From: Cycas panzhihuaensis
Lineage: Eukaryota; Plantae; Cycadophyta
Reading direction: 5' to 3'
DNA length: 64,000 nucleotides
Assembly (NCBI GenBank): GCA_023213395.1
Contig: CM041465.1
Coordinates: 187,929,741 to 187,993,740, forward strand
Shown here: in pieces, positions 27,060-40,059 of the stretch
Position numbering within the stretch: position 1 is the stretch's first letter
Layout of the letters: each line of letters opens with the position of its first letter
Program-made: the position numbers and the translations under genes
Notes under the pieces: generated by a model
The model's input: only the letters and a program-made list of their open reading frames with translations
Databases searched by the model: none
What the model was told of the DNA's origin: nothing

Positions 27060-29880
27060 TAAATTAAGAGAAAAGAATTAGATACAACAAGAAGAACCAA
27101 GAACAACCCAAATCAATCTCGGTATCCAAACTGAACCCAAAAACATTACCGTTGGAGATTACTGGGTCGAGAAAACGTTGGTAGAAGCATAAGCCCTCTT
27201 TGAGGAGTACAAGGATGTATTTGCGTGGTCATATAAAGACCTCAAGGGCATTCCACCAAAAATTGGAATGCATCACATTGATCTAATTGAAGGAGAAAAA
27301 CCAGTAAAGCAAAGACCCTACAGAATGAATCCTCATTACAAAGAAAAAGTCAAGGTAGAATTGGGCAAAATGCTCAAAGTAGGCTATATTTATGAGATAG
27401 AATACAATGATTGGGTAAGCCCAATAGTAGTAGTACTGAAGAAAAATGGGAAAATTCAAGTCTGCGTAGATTATCAACAACTCAATAAAGTCACTAAAAA
27501 GGATCCATTCCCCATCCCTTTCACAGAAGACATACTAGAAACAATGGGTGGGAAGGAAATTTACTCCTTTACAGATGGATTCAACGGATATAACCAAGTG
27601 AGTCTTGCATTGGAAGACTGGCCCAAGAGAACTTTCATAATCTAATGGGGTACTTATGCTTATCGAGTAATGCCTTTTGGACTTACGAATGCACTGGCAA
27701 TATTTCAGAGGATAGTACTCAATATTTTCAAAAAATTAGTGGAAGAAACTGTTGCAATATTTCTTGACGACTGGACATTATATGGGATAATGAAAAACCA
27801 TATAGAGAATCTGAGAACAATGCTACAAACATGTTGAGAGAATAAATTGTGTTTAAGTCTAGAAAAATGTACTTTCCTAGTACTCTTCAGGAACCTCTTA
27901 AGACATGTGATTAACAAAGAAGGATTAATCATGTAGCCAACAAAAGTAGCTACTATCTTACATTACCCCCCAACCCCAAAATAGAAAACAAATCAAAGGA
28001 TTTTTGGGATTAACAGGTTATTATCGCAAGTTCGTAAAAGGGTATGTACAAATATTTGGACCTTTGGAGTATTTGTTGAAAAAGGAAATAGATTGACGAT
28101 GGGGGCCAGAATGTCAAAGAGCATTTGAAACTTTAAAATAGGCAATAGCTTTAGCACCTATACTATGTTTTCCAAATTGAAACAAAATATTCCATATGCA
28201 TGTCGATGCCTCCTAGTTTGCCATTGGTTGTGCTCTAGCTCAGTCGGGGCAGAATAATGTGGATTGACCTATTTACTTTGCAATTTGGAAGTTAACCAAG
28301 GCAAAACAGAATTACATGACCACAGAAAGAGAAGGGTTAGGAATGGTGTATGCCTTACAAAAGTTTCGACACTATCTCTTATTGAATCCCTTCATATTTT
28401 ATGTGAATCATCAAGCATTAGTGTACCTAGTCAACAAACCACTGTTAAAAGGTTGTATTAATCAATCACTAGTGTTATTTCAAGAGTTTACTTTCTAGAT
28501 TGTGGTAAAACCAAGGAAAGCCCATATTATCCTAGACCAACTCTCTCGAATCCACAATGGTGAAAAAACCATAGGGGTACTTGACGACTTGCCGAATACA
28601 ACACTCTTCAATATTGAAGCAGTCCATGTTGAATGGTACCAAGATATCATGGAGTTCCTAATCACATGACAATGTCCTCCAAAGTTGGACAAAGCCCAAA
28701 AAAGGAACATAATAAGAAAAGTAGAACCTTACCAGTTGATCGGAGAAGAGCTATATTGACTTGGACCGAGCGACGTTTTACGACAATGTATTCGATTGCA
28801 TGAGGTAGAACAAATAATATCCCAAGCTGACGAGGGTATATTGGGAGGACATACAGGCGTGAAAAACACTTAAAGGAAGATACTGGCAACCAGATTCTGG
28901 TGTCCAACTCTCTTTGAGGATGTGAAGGATTGGGTAAAGAAATGTGGTTATTGTCAAAGGGTTGGAAAACTAAAACCTACAGACTTCGACCCTTCAAACA
29001 CAATCTTTCCTCTAGCACCATTTGAAAAATGAGGTTTAGACTTTATTAGACCAATTAAACCGACAGCACGAAGAACACAAACTAGATACATTCTGGTTGC
29101 CACAGATTATGCAAGCAAGTGGGTAGAAGCCAGGCCTTACGCAAAGCTGACACACCTAATATTGCTTAATTCTTATATGAAGTTATTACAACGAGGTTTG
29201 GATGTCCCATTGAATTAATTAGTGACCAAGGGGCCCACTTCTTAAATGAAATAGTCAATGAACTAACATAAACTTTTTTGATCTCCCATCATAAATTGAC
29301 ACCCTATTAACCTCGAGCAAATGGACAAGTAGAAAGTTCCAATATGATTCTAGAAAACTGTTTACGGAAAATATGTGATGTTGGAAGATCTGATTGGGCA
29401 GAAAAGCTATGCTCAGTGTTATGGGCATTCTGCACAACTTACAAATAGGCAACAGGGCAAATATAATTCAAACTAGTCTATGGGACTGAAGCCACATTGC
29501 CATTAAGTTTCAAATTCCAAGCTTGAGAATAGCATTGGCCTACCAATTGGACGATACAGAGTCTTTAAGAGAATGTTTATGGCAATTAATCCAGCTTGAT
29601 GAAGATTGACACAAAACAAAATGGTTACAAGAGGTAGAAAAAACAAGACAGAAGGTATGGCACGACCGCCATTTAAGAGCTTCATAATTTAGAGAAGGAG
29701 ATTAGGTTTTATTATATGATAGTAAATTCCGCACTCATCCAGGGAAGTTGAAACTTTCATGACTAGGACCATATTGAGTTGAACATATCTACTCCAATGG
29801 ATCAGTGCAATTAGAAGAGATAAATGGATATACGCTGCCTATGTTAGTCAATGGCAGTAGATTGAAGCTCTATCACCATT
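27060..29880 (+). pseudogene. Gypsy A pol: RT, RNase H, integrase ending in a GPY-type motif, no chromodomain
   Basis: HHIDLIEGEKPVKQRPYRMNP, VCVDYQQLNKVTKKDPFP, FTDGFNGYNQ, FLDDW, TTEREGLGMVYALQKFRHYLL, ATDYASKWVEA, LGPY. Confidence 0.92.
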
Positions 29881-30109
29881 AGAGCATTATTCCAGTAGGA
29901 ATCAACTGGATGTATATTACGAGTTGATTGAAGTTGCAGACAACAAAAGTTGTCCTAGTACCAGAACTAGGAATCTACACCGATGCATAAATAGCAAAAA
30001 AATTACAAAAAAGAAAAAAAAGAAAAAATTAATTGTAACTCACAAAATCATATACTTAAGCAGAGTCTTGGACAGAATACCACATAAATCGGACAATTAT
30101 TTCATAAAA

Positions 30110-30430
30110 CTGCACTATACGTTCCAAGTTTAGAACAAAAGCAGAACAGATTGGTGAAAAAGAGCTTGACAGATCAAGATACGTTCTCGATACAGAATGA
30201 GAATAGAACGGATCAACTAAAAAAGGGGACTCAACATATTAAAGGTTACATTCCAAATCTAGAATGGAAGGAAATACGAGTGAAGACATAAAAGTACAAG
30301 ATACGTTCCAAAAAGGGAATGCGAATGGGATAGACCAAAAGGAGAGGATAAAACAACCAAAATCCTGCGACCATTCCACTAGAAGAACACATGCAAACGG
30401 ATAGAGGTTACATCCTAGACCTGGTATGGT
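30110..30430 (+). repeat. Degenerate ~60-bp array in the 3' non-coding region of gypsy A (core TACGTTCC-N5-7-GAAY)
   Basis: Cores at ~30117, 30178, 30246, 30300, 30369 and 30408. Confidence 0.55.
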
Positions 30431-30616
30431 ATCAGAAAGCAACGAGTGCCACAGAAAGAAAGCAGCAAGCAAGCATTCCATCCTCCATTCGAGAGAGTGA
30501 ACACACGCCTATGCTCGACATCCAAAACAATGAACGAACTAGGGTTATAAATACTTTGTATTTATTTTCAATATTAAATTTCAATTGCCTACGTTCCCTC
30601 CCTTTTCTGACCATAG

Positions 30617-31695
30617 GATGAAGATTGTAGGGATTTAAGAGACCTATCTGCCAAAACTCCAAGTAGAGATTGAGGAATTACCAATGTCCTTCCAAGATGA
30701 GATCAGACAAGCAAGATGGGGAGATTTTATTCTAATGCCTCCATTATACCGTGATTTTGAGCTTATGGAGTAGATTATAGTGGCTTTAAAAGTAAACATA
30801 GGGAAGCTTGAGGTGAGTTTAGAAGCTATTCATTTTGTGACAAGATTATTAAAAGAAGGGGAAGTTCCGACAGCCACAAAAAGGTCTGAGGTGGATTGGG
30901 AAATTTGGACACGAGAGCTATGTAATCCCAATACCCAAGTTTACTCTAGAGGAATTAAAATTGTGGATATCAGGGATAGCTAGTTACGATGGGCAGTGAA
31001 AATTATTGGGACCAAATTTTTGTTAAAACAAAAACACACTTATATTTCAGGAGGTATGATGCCCATACTATCATCATTGCGTGATGGGGTTTAGATGAAT
31101 GGTGTGAATTCCTCGCAAATAGTATAGAACAATAGTTTGGGGAATTACAAACTCACCCCTTTTGACAACCATCACTATTATTGGCCCCTCCTATTTTAGC
31201 AATGCCTAGATGCTAAGTCCCCATCCTTGCCTATCTGACTAGGGGAACCCACAATTAAAAAATGGATAAACACTATGCCTACTACTGCTCAAGATCCAAC
31301 AGTAAAAGGACAGTAAAAGCAGAAATGACCAAAATCTTGAGGTGGATTCAGCACAAACTAGGGGCTCCTTTTCCTCTACGACAAAACAAGTGACTAAGAA
31401 GGGCATCAAGCAAGGTAGGGAGCAACAAAAGGAAGAAATTATATGCAAATAATGGAAGATGGAGCCTCCGCTTACATCAGTGACTGAACCTGGAAAAGGT
31501 TCTTCTGAACAACCATTTAGGGAAAAAGGGAAACATATTATCCGGCTTCTAGTGGAATTCGAGCAAGGCTACAAAGCAGAGATCGCAGATCTACATGAAA
31601 AAATGAAAGAAAGGGATGCTATTATAGCTACATTGACCCAAATCAATGAAGAATTACTTCGAGCCAATGAGCCACTAGGGGAACTGGAACTATAG
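30617..31695 (+). pseudogene. Extra 3' ORF of gypsy A, disrupted
   Basis: LEVSLEAIHFVTRLLKEGEVPT...WTRELC...LRWAVKIIGTKFLLKQK...THPF*QPSLLL, ending in coiled-coil-like LHEKMKERDAIIATLTQINEEL. Confidence 0.78.
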
Positions 31696-32527
31696 GAGCA
31701 GTCCTAATTCAAGGAGGGAGGAGGAAGAAGAATGATTTTTTTTTTGAAAAGGATGCTTAACCATTTTTGTTGACCTCGGATAGATGTTACAATCGAAATT
31801 AACACTTGTGCGCCCGAAGGGAGGAACGTATGGTTAATTGTGATTTAATGTAGCTAATAAGTGTAGGACAATAGTTCGACAAGCGTTTGGGATGAAGAAT
31901 GGACGAGAAAATAGTGAACAAGCAAGCAGAACATTGTGTGTTCTGTCATAGGAATGCACTACACAAATAGAACGCATGCAACACAGTCTGGGAACGCACA
32001 AGGAATGATTGCGGAAAGGATAGGGCAGAAAGGAACCACGTGGATCAGAACCGTATGGACGCACGTGTGGACTAACCAACAACAAAACGGATTAACCCAG
32101 GGTTTGTTATGAAGAGGTGTGCATTAAGGAAAAGGGACATTTGTGACTCCTAGTCACAACTGTTCTCCAATAAGGATGCACAACCTATTTAAACATGATC
32201 AATCAAGGGGATTAATGTGAGAGCCGAGTAAAGTGATCCATTGGGCCCAATTTGGCACGAATAACCAGCCCAACATTGTATGGAAAAGAATGAGATGATG
32301 TAAACATTGACTATTGCTTAATGAAATTACACAGTTACATGGAATTTATGTGTATGAATGTAATGAGGAATGCATGATATTCTATCGTGTTTTATGATTA
32401 TATTGTGAACTTATGAGGCATAATTTAGTACATGAATGTGTATGTTGACTGCGAGCACACCCTAGACTATAGTGGAAACCTTGATAAGTGAATCTCTTAG
32501 TAGGACATATATAAAGTCAACACCATC

Positions 32528-35500
32528 CTCCCTTGTTATAAACCCGTTGCCTTTGGGAGTGCTACTCTTTGATGGAGAAGATCGGTCACTGGGTGGGTGT
32601 GCCTGTAGAGAGGATGAAGAAGAGTTGTTACTCTCTCCCTCGAGATATGTTAAGGTTTGGGAAGGCAATTCTACCTCGGTACCCACACTTGACGTATAAT
32701 GAAGGTTGGGGTTTGGATTGGGATTAGAGTTGGGTAAGGAATTAGTGTTTGGGCTAGGGTTGGGGTTGGGGTTAGTGTTAGGATCTAGGGATAGGGATTT
32801 TGACTTTATGACTGCTTGACTAACTAAGGAAACATCATCCATGCATTCATTTTCTGCTACATTTGCTACACTATGACTGCACAGAACACCAATATATTCA
32901 TAATTATCAATTTTATTGCTCATGTCATTAGAAGTACATATAGAAAGCAAGTTACATTGGAAGGATGGAGGATTGACCTCATAAGACTCTTGCATCTAGT
33001 AATCTACAAATCTTTTTGTTCCTTCTTCATTAGAGAAACTATCAACATGTAATTTCCGAATTGGGTTTATATTCATGTGAATTGGTCATTTTCATTAGTT
33101 CTTTTACTGCATGATATAAATTTGTCTCCTTGAATGTCGATGATGTCTTGTCACTAGAAATTGTTGTGTTTGAGGCATTGTTTGGGATCATCTCGATTAA
33201 ATATTTTTGCTTTTTGAGCATAGGAAGAACCACTTCACTTCCACCATCTGTTAATGCAAAAGTCGCATCTCTCCAACTTTGGAGACATTCAATCTTATAC
33301 AACCATGGATGTCCTAACAATGTTGGGTAAGGCACCATTCCTTTTACCTCAACTATGCTGAAATCTATTAGCACCATAATATCTACTATGTCCACCTTCA
33401 CATTCGATGGCCTGCTCACTGGTTTGACCAAGAATTTGTTGGCCAACTTCGATGAGTACGTCGTGACTTCCAATTTAGGGCTACCCATTTTTTTCCATGT
33501 TGTTGTAGGTAGCACTTCTATTGCTACACCTTTGTCAATAATCATGCCATGGAATATTTCGCACAAAACTATGATGGTAATTGTGGGATCAAGGTTGAAA
33601 GAGGGTATTGCTTTTTTCAGACTCTTGATGGATTCTTGATGCTGTAATACACCCATTTTAATTCACTCAATGACTTGTTCTAGGGGAATAGTCAATTGTA
33701 ATTACTTCACTAAGTTTTCCATCAATAGCAATATCTAAGGTGTATCTTCCATTGGTAACCCTTTGAACAAGTTTTCTGCTTGGACCACATGTGGTGGCGA
33801 TCATAGTTTTGCCTCCTTGATCGCTGATTCCTTCTCTTTAGGTTTGTTTTTTCTTCTATAGATGTGATTTGTTGTTGGTTTGCCCACCAACAACTTCTTC
33901 TCCTCTTCTTTTCTCATAACGTCCTCTACTGCTTTGTTAGCAAGTTCGAAATGGTTTGTCTCTAATTTAGGGTTGGGATAATTGTCTACCACCTTCTCTT
34001 TCCCCTTTTCCTTGCTCCTTGCTTGTAGTTTAACATTTTTACTTGTTTCGGGGACTATGGTTATAAGATTTGTGACCTTAGCCTTCCCCTCATAATTTTT
34101 TGTGCAGTGATTTCGGGGTTTGCAATCCTTGCACACAAACGGACATTACTCATGTGCTTTGGGTATTGGGTAGTTGGACTTCCAATGGCCGAACTTGAGG
34201 CACAGTAGGCATCTCCCAATTGGTGCCTTTTTTTTTATGCTTCTGGTGTGTTTCTAGTGGCATATAGGTGCTTGGTTGAGTCAAAACCTCTGCATCTGCC
34301 TCTACCTTTATAACTTCCTCCTCTAGGATTAAAGTAACAATCCTTTATATTGTGGTTGTCCACATCGCAAATGTGACACTGCTTGTCTTGCTTCCTCATA
34401 GCACTATTTTTAGGATTAAGTTTGGATTCCTTTGTGAAATGAGAATCTTCTTTGCAAATATGGCATCACTTGTTGATCTGAAATTCTTTTCCATTCTTCT
34501 TTTTACCTTTATCTTCTTCCTCCTCTTTTTTAGTTTTCATTTTCAATTTGCTACCTCTTTTTGAGGGCTTCCACCTCAGATTCCTCCTCCGTCTTCTCCA
34601 CTTGGAAGACTAGCTAATTGTGTTGTTTTATTTCTTACAATTCCTCTTGTAATCTTAATAACATTGGATAGTGACCTCTTGTTTGAGCATCCATTTATGC
34701 CTCAAAACTTGGGGCCAATTCCTAAACATTTTTGAAAGATTTTAACGGATGCATTAGCATCATTGACCTTAATTTTTCATTCAACCCTTTGACAAAACAA
34801 TTCTTCATGTTATGATTTGTGACTTTCTCATTCATCATGTTAGTTGCTATGATTTTCATGCAGCTTCTATAAGTTAAAATTGACTCACCAGATATCTACT
34901 TGATCTCTTTTTTAGTGCAATTTCTATAGCTTCTTTGTTGTGAAATTTCCAAAATATCTCCTCAAATTACTTTTTAATATTTTTCCCAAGTTTCAGTTTT
35001 ACCCAATTCTTTATACCATGCCAATGATACTCTTTGCAATGTGCATGTAGATCTGGCTTTAATTTCATCTTCATTTGTAGTTTTTTTCACATTTACCAAA
35101 TTCTGAAAGAGATAGATGTGTGCAATGGCATCTAACATATCCCTGAAGATCAACTTGCCAAATTCCCTTGAATCATCCATTTTTGGCAAATCTAGTGGTA
35201 TACTTTCCAACTCTAGAGAACTAGGTGGTGAAATTTCTCCCTTTGGGGATTTAAGTGGCGTAATCTCTTATTTTAGAGGTATCTCCTCCTCTTCTACTAT
35301 ATTGGGTTTCAGTGGCATTTTGGGTGTATTTCTCCCAATACTCTCCCTTCCAAACAAGGGATTCTTAAAAGGTGTATTTAGATGAATAAGTTTTGGCACT
35401 TCTAGTATTTGCATTGTTAATGGTGTTGCTATTAGGAATGATTGCTTAGAGCCCTTCTCTAGCGAATCTTCAAAGAACTGTCTTGTCAAATGATTTTCCC

Positions 35501-35900
35501 AATATGTTGAGGGACCTTCCTCAACGTTTTTGTCGTGGTCACTTAGGTCCTTTAGAGTAGAGTCCACACTTACTTCTTCCTTCTTCCCTAGGGTTCCACT
35601 TTCTTCCTCTAAAGTATCATTTTCTTTTGAATTTTATTTCTCTTTTGGATTCTATTCTTCTTTCTTTTCTAGGCTAAGTATATTTGCTTCATTTGGGGTA
35701 GGTGTTATCACCATTTGGTCTCCACATCTTTCAATTTCCTATTCTTGATGTGTCTGGGCACCACTTTCCTTAGACCATTTTACGGACTATCTCTTAGTCT
35801 TGTCATTTTTACTAAGGCTTAACTTCCTAGCCTTTCTTAGTTTTGCCTCCTTAGACCATCTTAAAGCCCTTTGTCCACTAGATTATGGTATCCTCTTTAG
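32528..35900 (-). pseudogene. Gypsy D gag, protease and Pro/Asn-rich linker
   Basis: HIYLFQNL...TLQRVSLAWYK, CKDCKPRNHCT, IIDKGVAIEVL...LLGHPWL, PNPNP repeats. Confidence 0.88.
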
Positions 35901-36954
35901 TGATGGCCTTTTTGGTGGCTTCCTTGCCTTTGAAGGTTGCTTTGGTGGCATTGGAAGGTCCCTTGGCTATCAAATGCTTAGTTATAGCTTGCCATCACGA
36001 TGACAACCAGGGTTCTTTGGTCATTGGACATAATATGTATGGCGAAACTTTGGACCAGTCCCTCAATGGACTTGGGCAACGAAACCAATGTTGACTCCTA
36101 CTTTCGCCTTATGAAAGTATGCTTGTCAAAGGTGTCATTATCTGGTAGTCTAGTTAAGGTTTGGTCAACATAGCAATGTCATCATGGATCACATATATGG
36201 CATACTACTAATCATCATCATATTGTATATTTCCACATAACTTGCTATTTCATTAAGAAATATCACTGTCAAATGTCTTTTACATCACTGTGGGGAATGT
36301 TCCACATGCATTCCAACATAATATTACCTACATAAACTCGGCTTTGACACCTTTGAGACCATAATATAGACTCACTGACTCAACTCTCACCATTAAAATG
36401 GTGAATGAATGACAATAAATACACTATGCGTGCCTCTTGAGGAATGGTTGAGACTTTTGGACCCAATCATACCTTTTTATGATAAATAACACCTTTTCAC
36501 TTAATATACATTAATTATGCCTCTTAACACATTTTGTTTGCCTGTATCACTGTACAAACATATCACTAAGGATGGCATCAACATCTTTGGAATGCACCAC
36601 TTCAATTTGGGCGTGCATTCCATGCGCTCCTCACTATGTGTTTTTCATATGTTCTAAATTGTGTTGCATTCCATTCCGAAATACAACCTACTATGGGTTC
36701 CCTAAGAGCTCTATTTTGGCCTTTTCCACTATTTTCTGGCATGTATTACACTATACGTCCATCTGTTGATGCGTTCATGCATTCCTTAAGTTAGGATAAG
36801 CATGCATTCCTATGTTTCTATTGTCCAAAATCACCCAGGTACTAGATTTTACCCCAACAATAACCTTAGTGATATAATTAATAAATTCTTCTATTGTCAT
36901 CTCGTGAAAGTTTACGTTGAGTCGAATGAGACGTCTCACAGTTTCAACAATTTT

Positions 36955-37487
36955 CGCCTGTTGTAGTTGGATTTGGAACTAAACCATCTACTGTGTGAAG
37001 ATTCGTTTCCCCCCAATGTATTATCATGTGGCCTATGATGGGTTGCTCCTTGTCAATCTCATTGTGAGGAGCATCCTTCCATATTTGGAAAAATCTTTAT
37101 GTGTTTAGAATAGGATGTGGGGCATTTGACCATTTGGAGTGACCAAACACATCTGTGTATGTTGCCTATTCTTCATTGTATTCAATCTATTTTTGTTTGT
37201 ATAATCTATGAACATAGGCTTCATTTGTAGTTACAAATTGTGAGTTGAGGAAAACATTGTGTGCCCCAAATGTTAATGCAACAACGTAACCACGTGCATC
37301 AATGATTGATCTCGCAGTAATGATTGCAATATCTCATCCTTCCACCATGTTTGCTACTCTTGGTAGTAATGCCTTTAGTCCCACCTTGCCAATGACATGA
37401 CCTCCAACTTCAAAACCTTGAACAATAACGGCATCAATGTCTACAACAATAACTTTCTCCGTAGCTGCTAGAGAACCCACTTGATAA
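36955..37487 (-). pseudogene. Captured fragment of a plant nitronate monooxygenase / 2-nitropropane dioxygenase-like gene
   Basis: QVGS...DAVIVQGFEVGGHVIGKVGLKALLPRVANMV..DIAIITARSIIDARGYVVALTFGA...FVTTNEAYVH.LYKQ...YTDVFG..W.NAPH...QPIIG...VPNPTTTG. Matches the family pattern along ~170 codons, with stops and frameshifts. Confidence 0.88.
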
Positions 37488-37548
37488 CAATATTGCTTAT
37501 GAGGCCCACTGCTTGTCAACCATACATCACCATGCTTTCAATGTTACC

Positions 37549-37663
37549 CGTCTTTGCCTTTCTTTGTTAGGGCTGCAATTTGTTCCCTTAGGTCCATTTC
37601 ATAATCATGAAGCTCTCCAACCTTTTCAAAGTCTTAGCCTCAAATGGCTTCATCCTTTTCCTT
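37549..37663 (-). pseudogene. clpC: Captured fragment of ClpC (Hsp93/Hsp100) UVR coiled-coil region
   Basis: KEKDEAI*G*DFEKVGELHDYEMDLREQIAALTKKGK matches the ClpC pattern [25 protein letters not shown]. Both stops are C>T products (CGA, CAA). Confidence 0.85.
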
Positions 37664-40059
37664 CAATCTAGGGATATGGCCTATATTTAGTTGGGTGTTC
37701 TATTAAAGAGCATCTTCTCTTCATCTATTGTCATTTGGCAGAATGAAGTTTTTACACTCCATCTTTGTTATGGCTATAGTGCTATCCTCACAATGATGTT
37801 GCTTGGTGGTTCAATGATATTTATAATGTTTTGGAGTTGTTTTTGCTCACACTAGGATGGTTTCTTTGTCATTTATTTGGTCATACACCTCCTCCAAACA
37901 AACCACTATAAATACCTTTCGCACCACCAAAACAATTGAATATATATATGTGTGTGTGTATGCACGTGTGTATGTATATAAGAATAACTACTACCACCAC
38001 CTTAAGGATGTCATTGTTGCCTTCTGTGAAGTCATTATGGCCTTCTAAATATTTTGGCATCTCATATGTATATGCAAATGACTATCTAACATTGTGTTAA
38101 CACGATCATTTGCCTTTCAATAGAGCCTAACTTGTATCAGAGATGCCTAACACACCTTTGCTTTGCCATATCATGCAAAAATGAGGCTTAATTGTTTCCG
38201 AATGGGCCCAATCCATGTTGCTAATAGTCTATCAACTTTTTTGTGAGCCCAACATACTGTAACGAGCTTATACGAGTCAGATACTATTGAAATTTAATGC
38301 CAAATGGGTTATGGTGCCTTCACCACTACCTAATGATGTCATTCACAATTTGAAAATGTTGGCAATCAGTCTTTCATGCCTAATACAAAGTTTAAATGTT
38401 ATTCACACCTCATAACGATCGCTACTCCATTATTGCCTTTCTCATGACATCGTTGTCAACCTTATATGAGTTCAATGTCTCCAACAAATATATTTGTAGC
38501 TTCAACTGAGTGTAATCATTTTTAGATTGTCCACACATGCCTATCTTCCATCCAACACTGTAGAAACATAATTGGACCCGTCTAAAATCTTCCATACCTT
38601 CTTATAACGTCCAACAATGAGCAAACATCGTGAACAAACGAAAAACATGCCTTGAACGACTCATTTTTCTCCATTTTTATGACTGTATTACATCATTTTG
38701 TTCTCCTAGCAGTTAGAAAGAATCAACATCACCACTTCAAGGCTCTCATTCGCATTACCAAATAGCCTTTGATTCGATTTGGCTCTGTACTTGCTATGCC
38801 TTAACTGCACACCTCCATGGGCTCTGATACCATGTGAAGAAACATAGACATATATCGACAGGATCTTGGTCATGCACAACAAACACTCAGAGAACAATAC
38901 AGAGGTATTTGTGTGGGAAATCCTTATGGGAGAAAACCCATAGTTGAACTTAGGATAGCTTTATTATATTAAACATAGCTTGGTCTTGTGACTTGTTAGG
39001 ATCATTCGACCGTAGGGGTTAGGCCTATTAGGGCCTAATGCACCTTGGTACACTTGTACATTAATTTGTATCCATTGATTCCTATTCGATATCCACTAAC
39101 TTGTATGGGGTTGATATTTATAATACTCCAAGAATTACGTCCAACCAATGGCTGTAACTCTTTGTCATGTCCTATGACCTTTTGTCATGTCTCGTGATTC
39201 TTCATCATATCCCGTTGAATCCTCAATACTTGTCTCTTCGTATCTCTTCACTAAACCACGAGTCATTAGCCTGACACAAAGTTAGCCTCAATTGAGTTCA
39301 CTAACAATGGGCATGCAAAAAGCACCAAAAAATAGAGCAAAAATCACGTGGAATGACATACAAGACCTGTGCCACTGACATGCACAGAGATTCAACAAAA
39401 AATTTGAACTAAAAATACTAAAAAAAAACCAATTTGTTTTGTCGCATGTCTGTCACCATCGACTTCTATAGGGAATATTCAATGGAATATTTCAAATTGA
39501 AAACTTTGGATATGATTTATCTTTCACTTTTCTAATATTAAGTGAAATTAAATCACATTCTATAAAATTTGAAGTTTGATTTTGAAGCCCCCTTCATTTC
39601 AACCCTTGGTCATGTGGAGCACAGGTTGCCAGGTCAGTTTTTGAGCATTCCAGAGGCCATTTTGGCATGTGAATATACCATGGAGCCCCCTTTTTTGAGA
39701 TCTTTTGGTAGTGGTCACATGTTGATGTTATATGTTTTTTTAGAAAATTGAAATTTATGTGTTTTTTAGCTAATTCCAGCTTCTTACAAGTAGTCTGAGG
39801 AAATAAAAATAGCTATGCCAGCTAGTTGCATGTAGATTGAAGTATCTTACAGTTTTCACCCTTTATTTCTGTGTTGCTTTAGTCGTTTTTCTAGTTAATT
39901 TTATGTGTGATTAGTCAAAATAGCTAGTGGAAGAGGTATAATGGGTTTTGTTACAGAAAAATTGATTGGTCTTTATGTGTGGGGAATAAGTCATAAAAAG
40001 AATTGAAAGAAATTTGAAGAAAAATAGTGTATAACTTTAGTTTTGGTTGTAATTTAAAC

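Larger units (their letters stand above)
17004..32522 (+). mobile_element. Ty3/gypsy element A, full length but decayed. 5' LTR 17004-17719, PBS 17721-17734 (tRNA-Glu-like), 3' LTR 31785-32522
   Basis: Perfect TSD CCATC (16999-17003 / 32523-32527). LTRs TGTTAC...GTCAACA. Gag with RGVPLAWY...WNEIKKEFEERF and CCHC knuckles. Protease IVDGRVVVNVL...LLGRPWL. RT, RNase H and integrase at 27060-29880. Confidence 0.95.
11184..36859 (-). mobile_element. Ty3/gypsy element D (non-chromovirus type), decayed. 3' LTR 11184-11880, 5' LTR 36089-36859, PBS 36074-36087 (tRNA-Glu-like); split by element A
   Basis: LTR pair TGTT(A/G)ACTCC...TTTACCCCAACA. TSD ATAAT/ATAAC. Gag 33700-35900, protease 33200-33600, RT (KKDPF, MPFGLTNAPATFQ, FLDD), RNase H (HVHVDSS) and integrase (ATDYTTKWVEA) at 13400-16230. 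Confidence 0.92.
4364..39306 (-). mobile_element. Element C: non-autonomous LTR element (outermost container). 3' LTR 4364-6016 (interrupted twice), PPT 6017-6024, PBS-iMet 38821-38832, 5' LTR 38833-39306
   Basis: Both LTRs start TGTGAAGAAACA and end GTTCACTAACA, and align along their length once the two solo LTRs are removed. TSD ATGAG/ATGGG (4/5). No RT or INT of its own is seen; a possible copia gag trace (LDGSNY) lies near 38570. Confidence 0.85.

Noticed and set aside
30426-30440. TGGTATCAGA, resembling a tRNA-iMet PBS
   Set aside because: There is no adjacent LTR end or TSD; it is a chance match inside A's 3' array.
32700-32790. GGGTTG/GGGTTA telomere-like repeats (also 50710-50800)
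   Set aside because: They encode the Pro-Asn linker after the protease on the minus strand.
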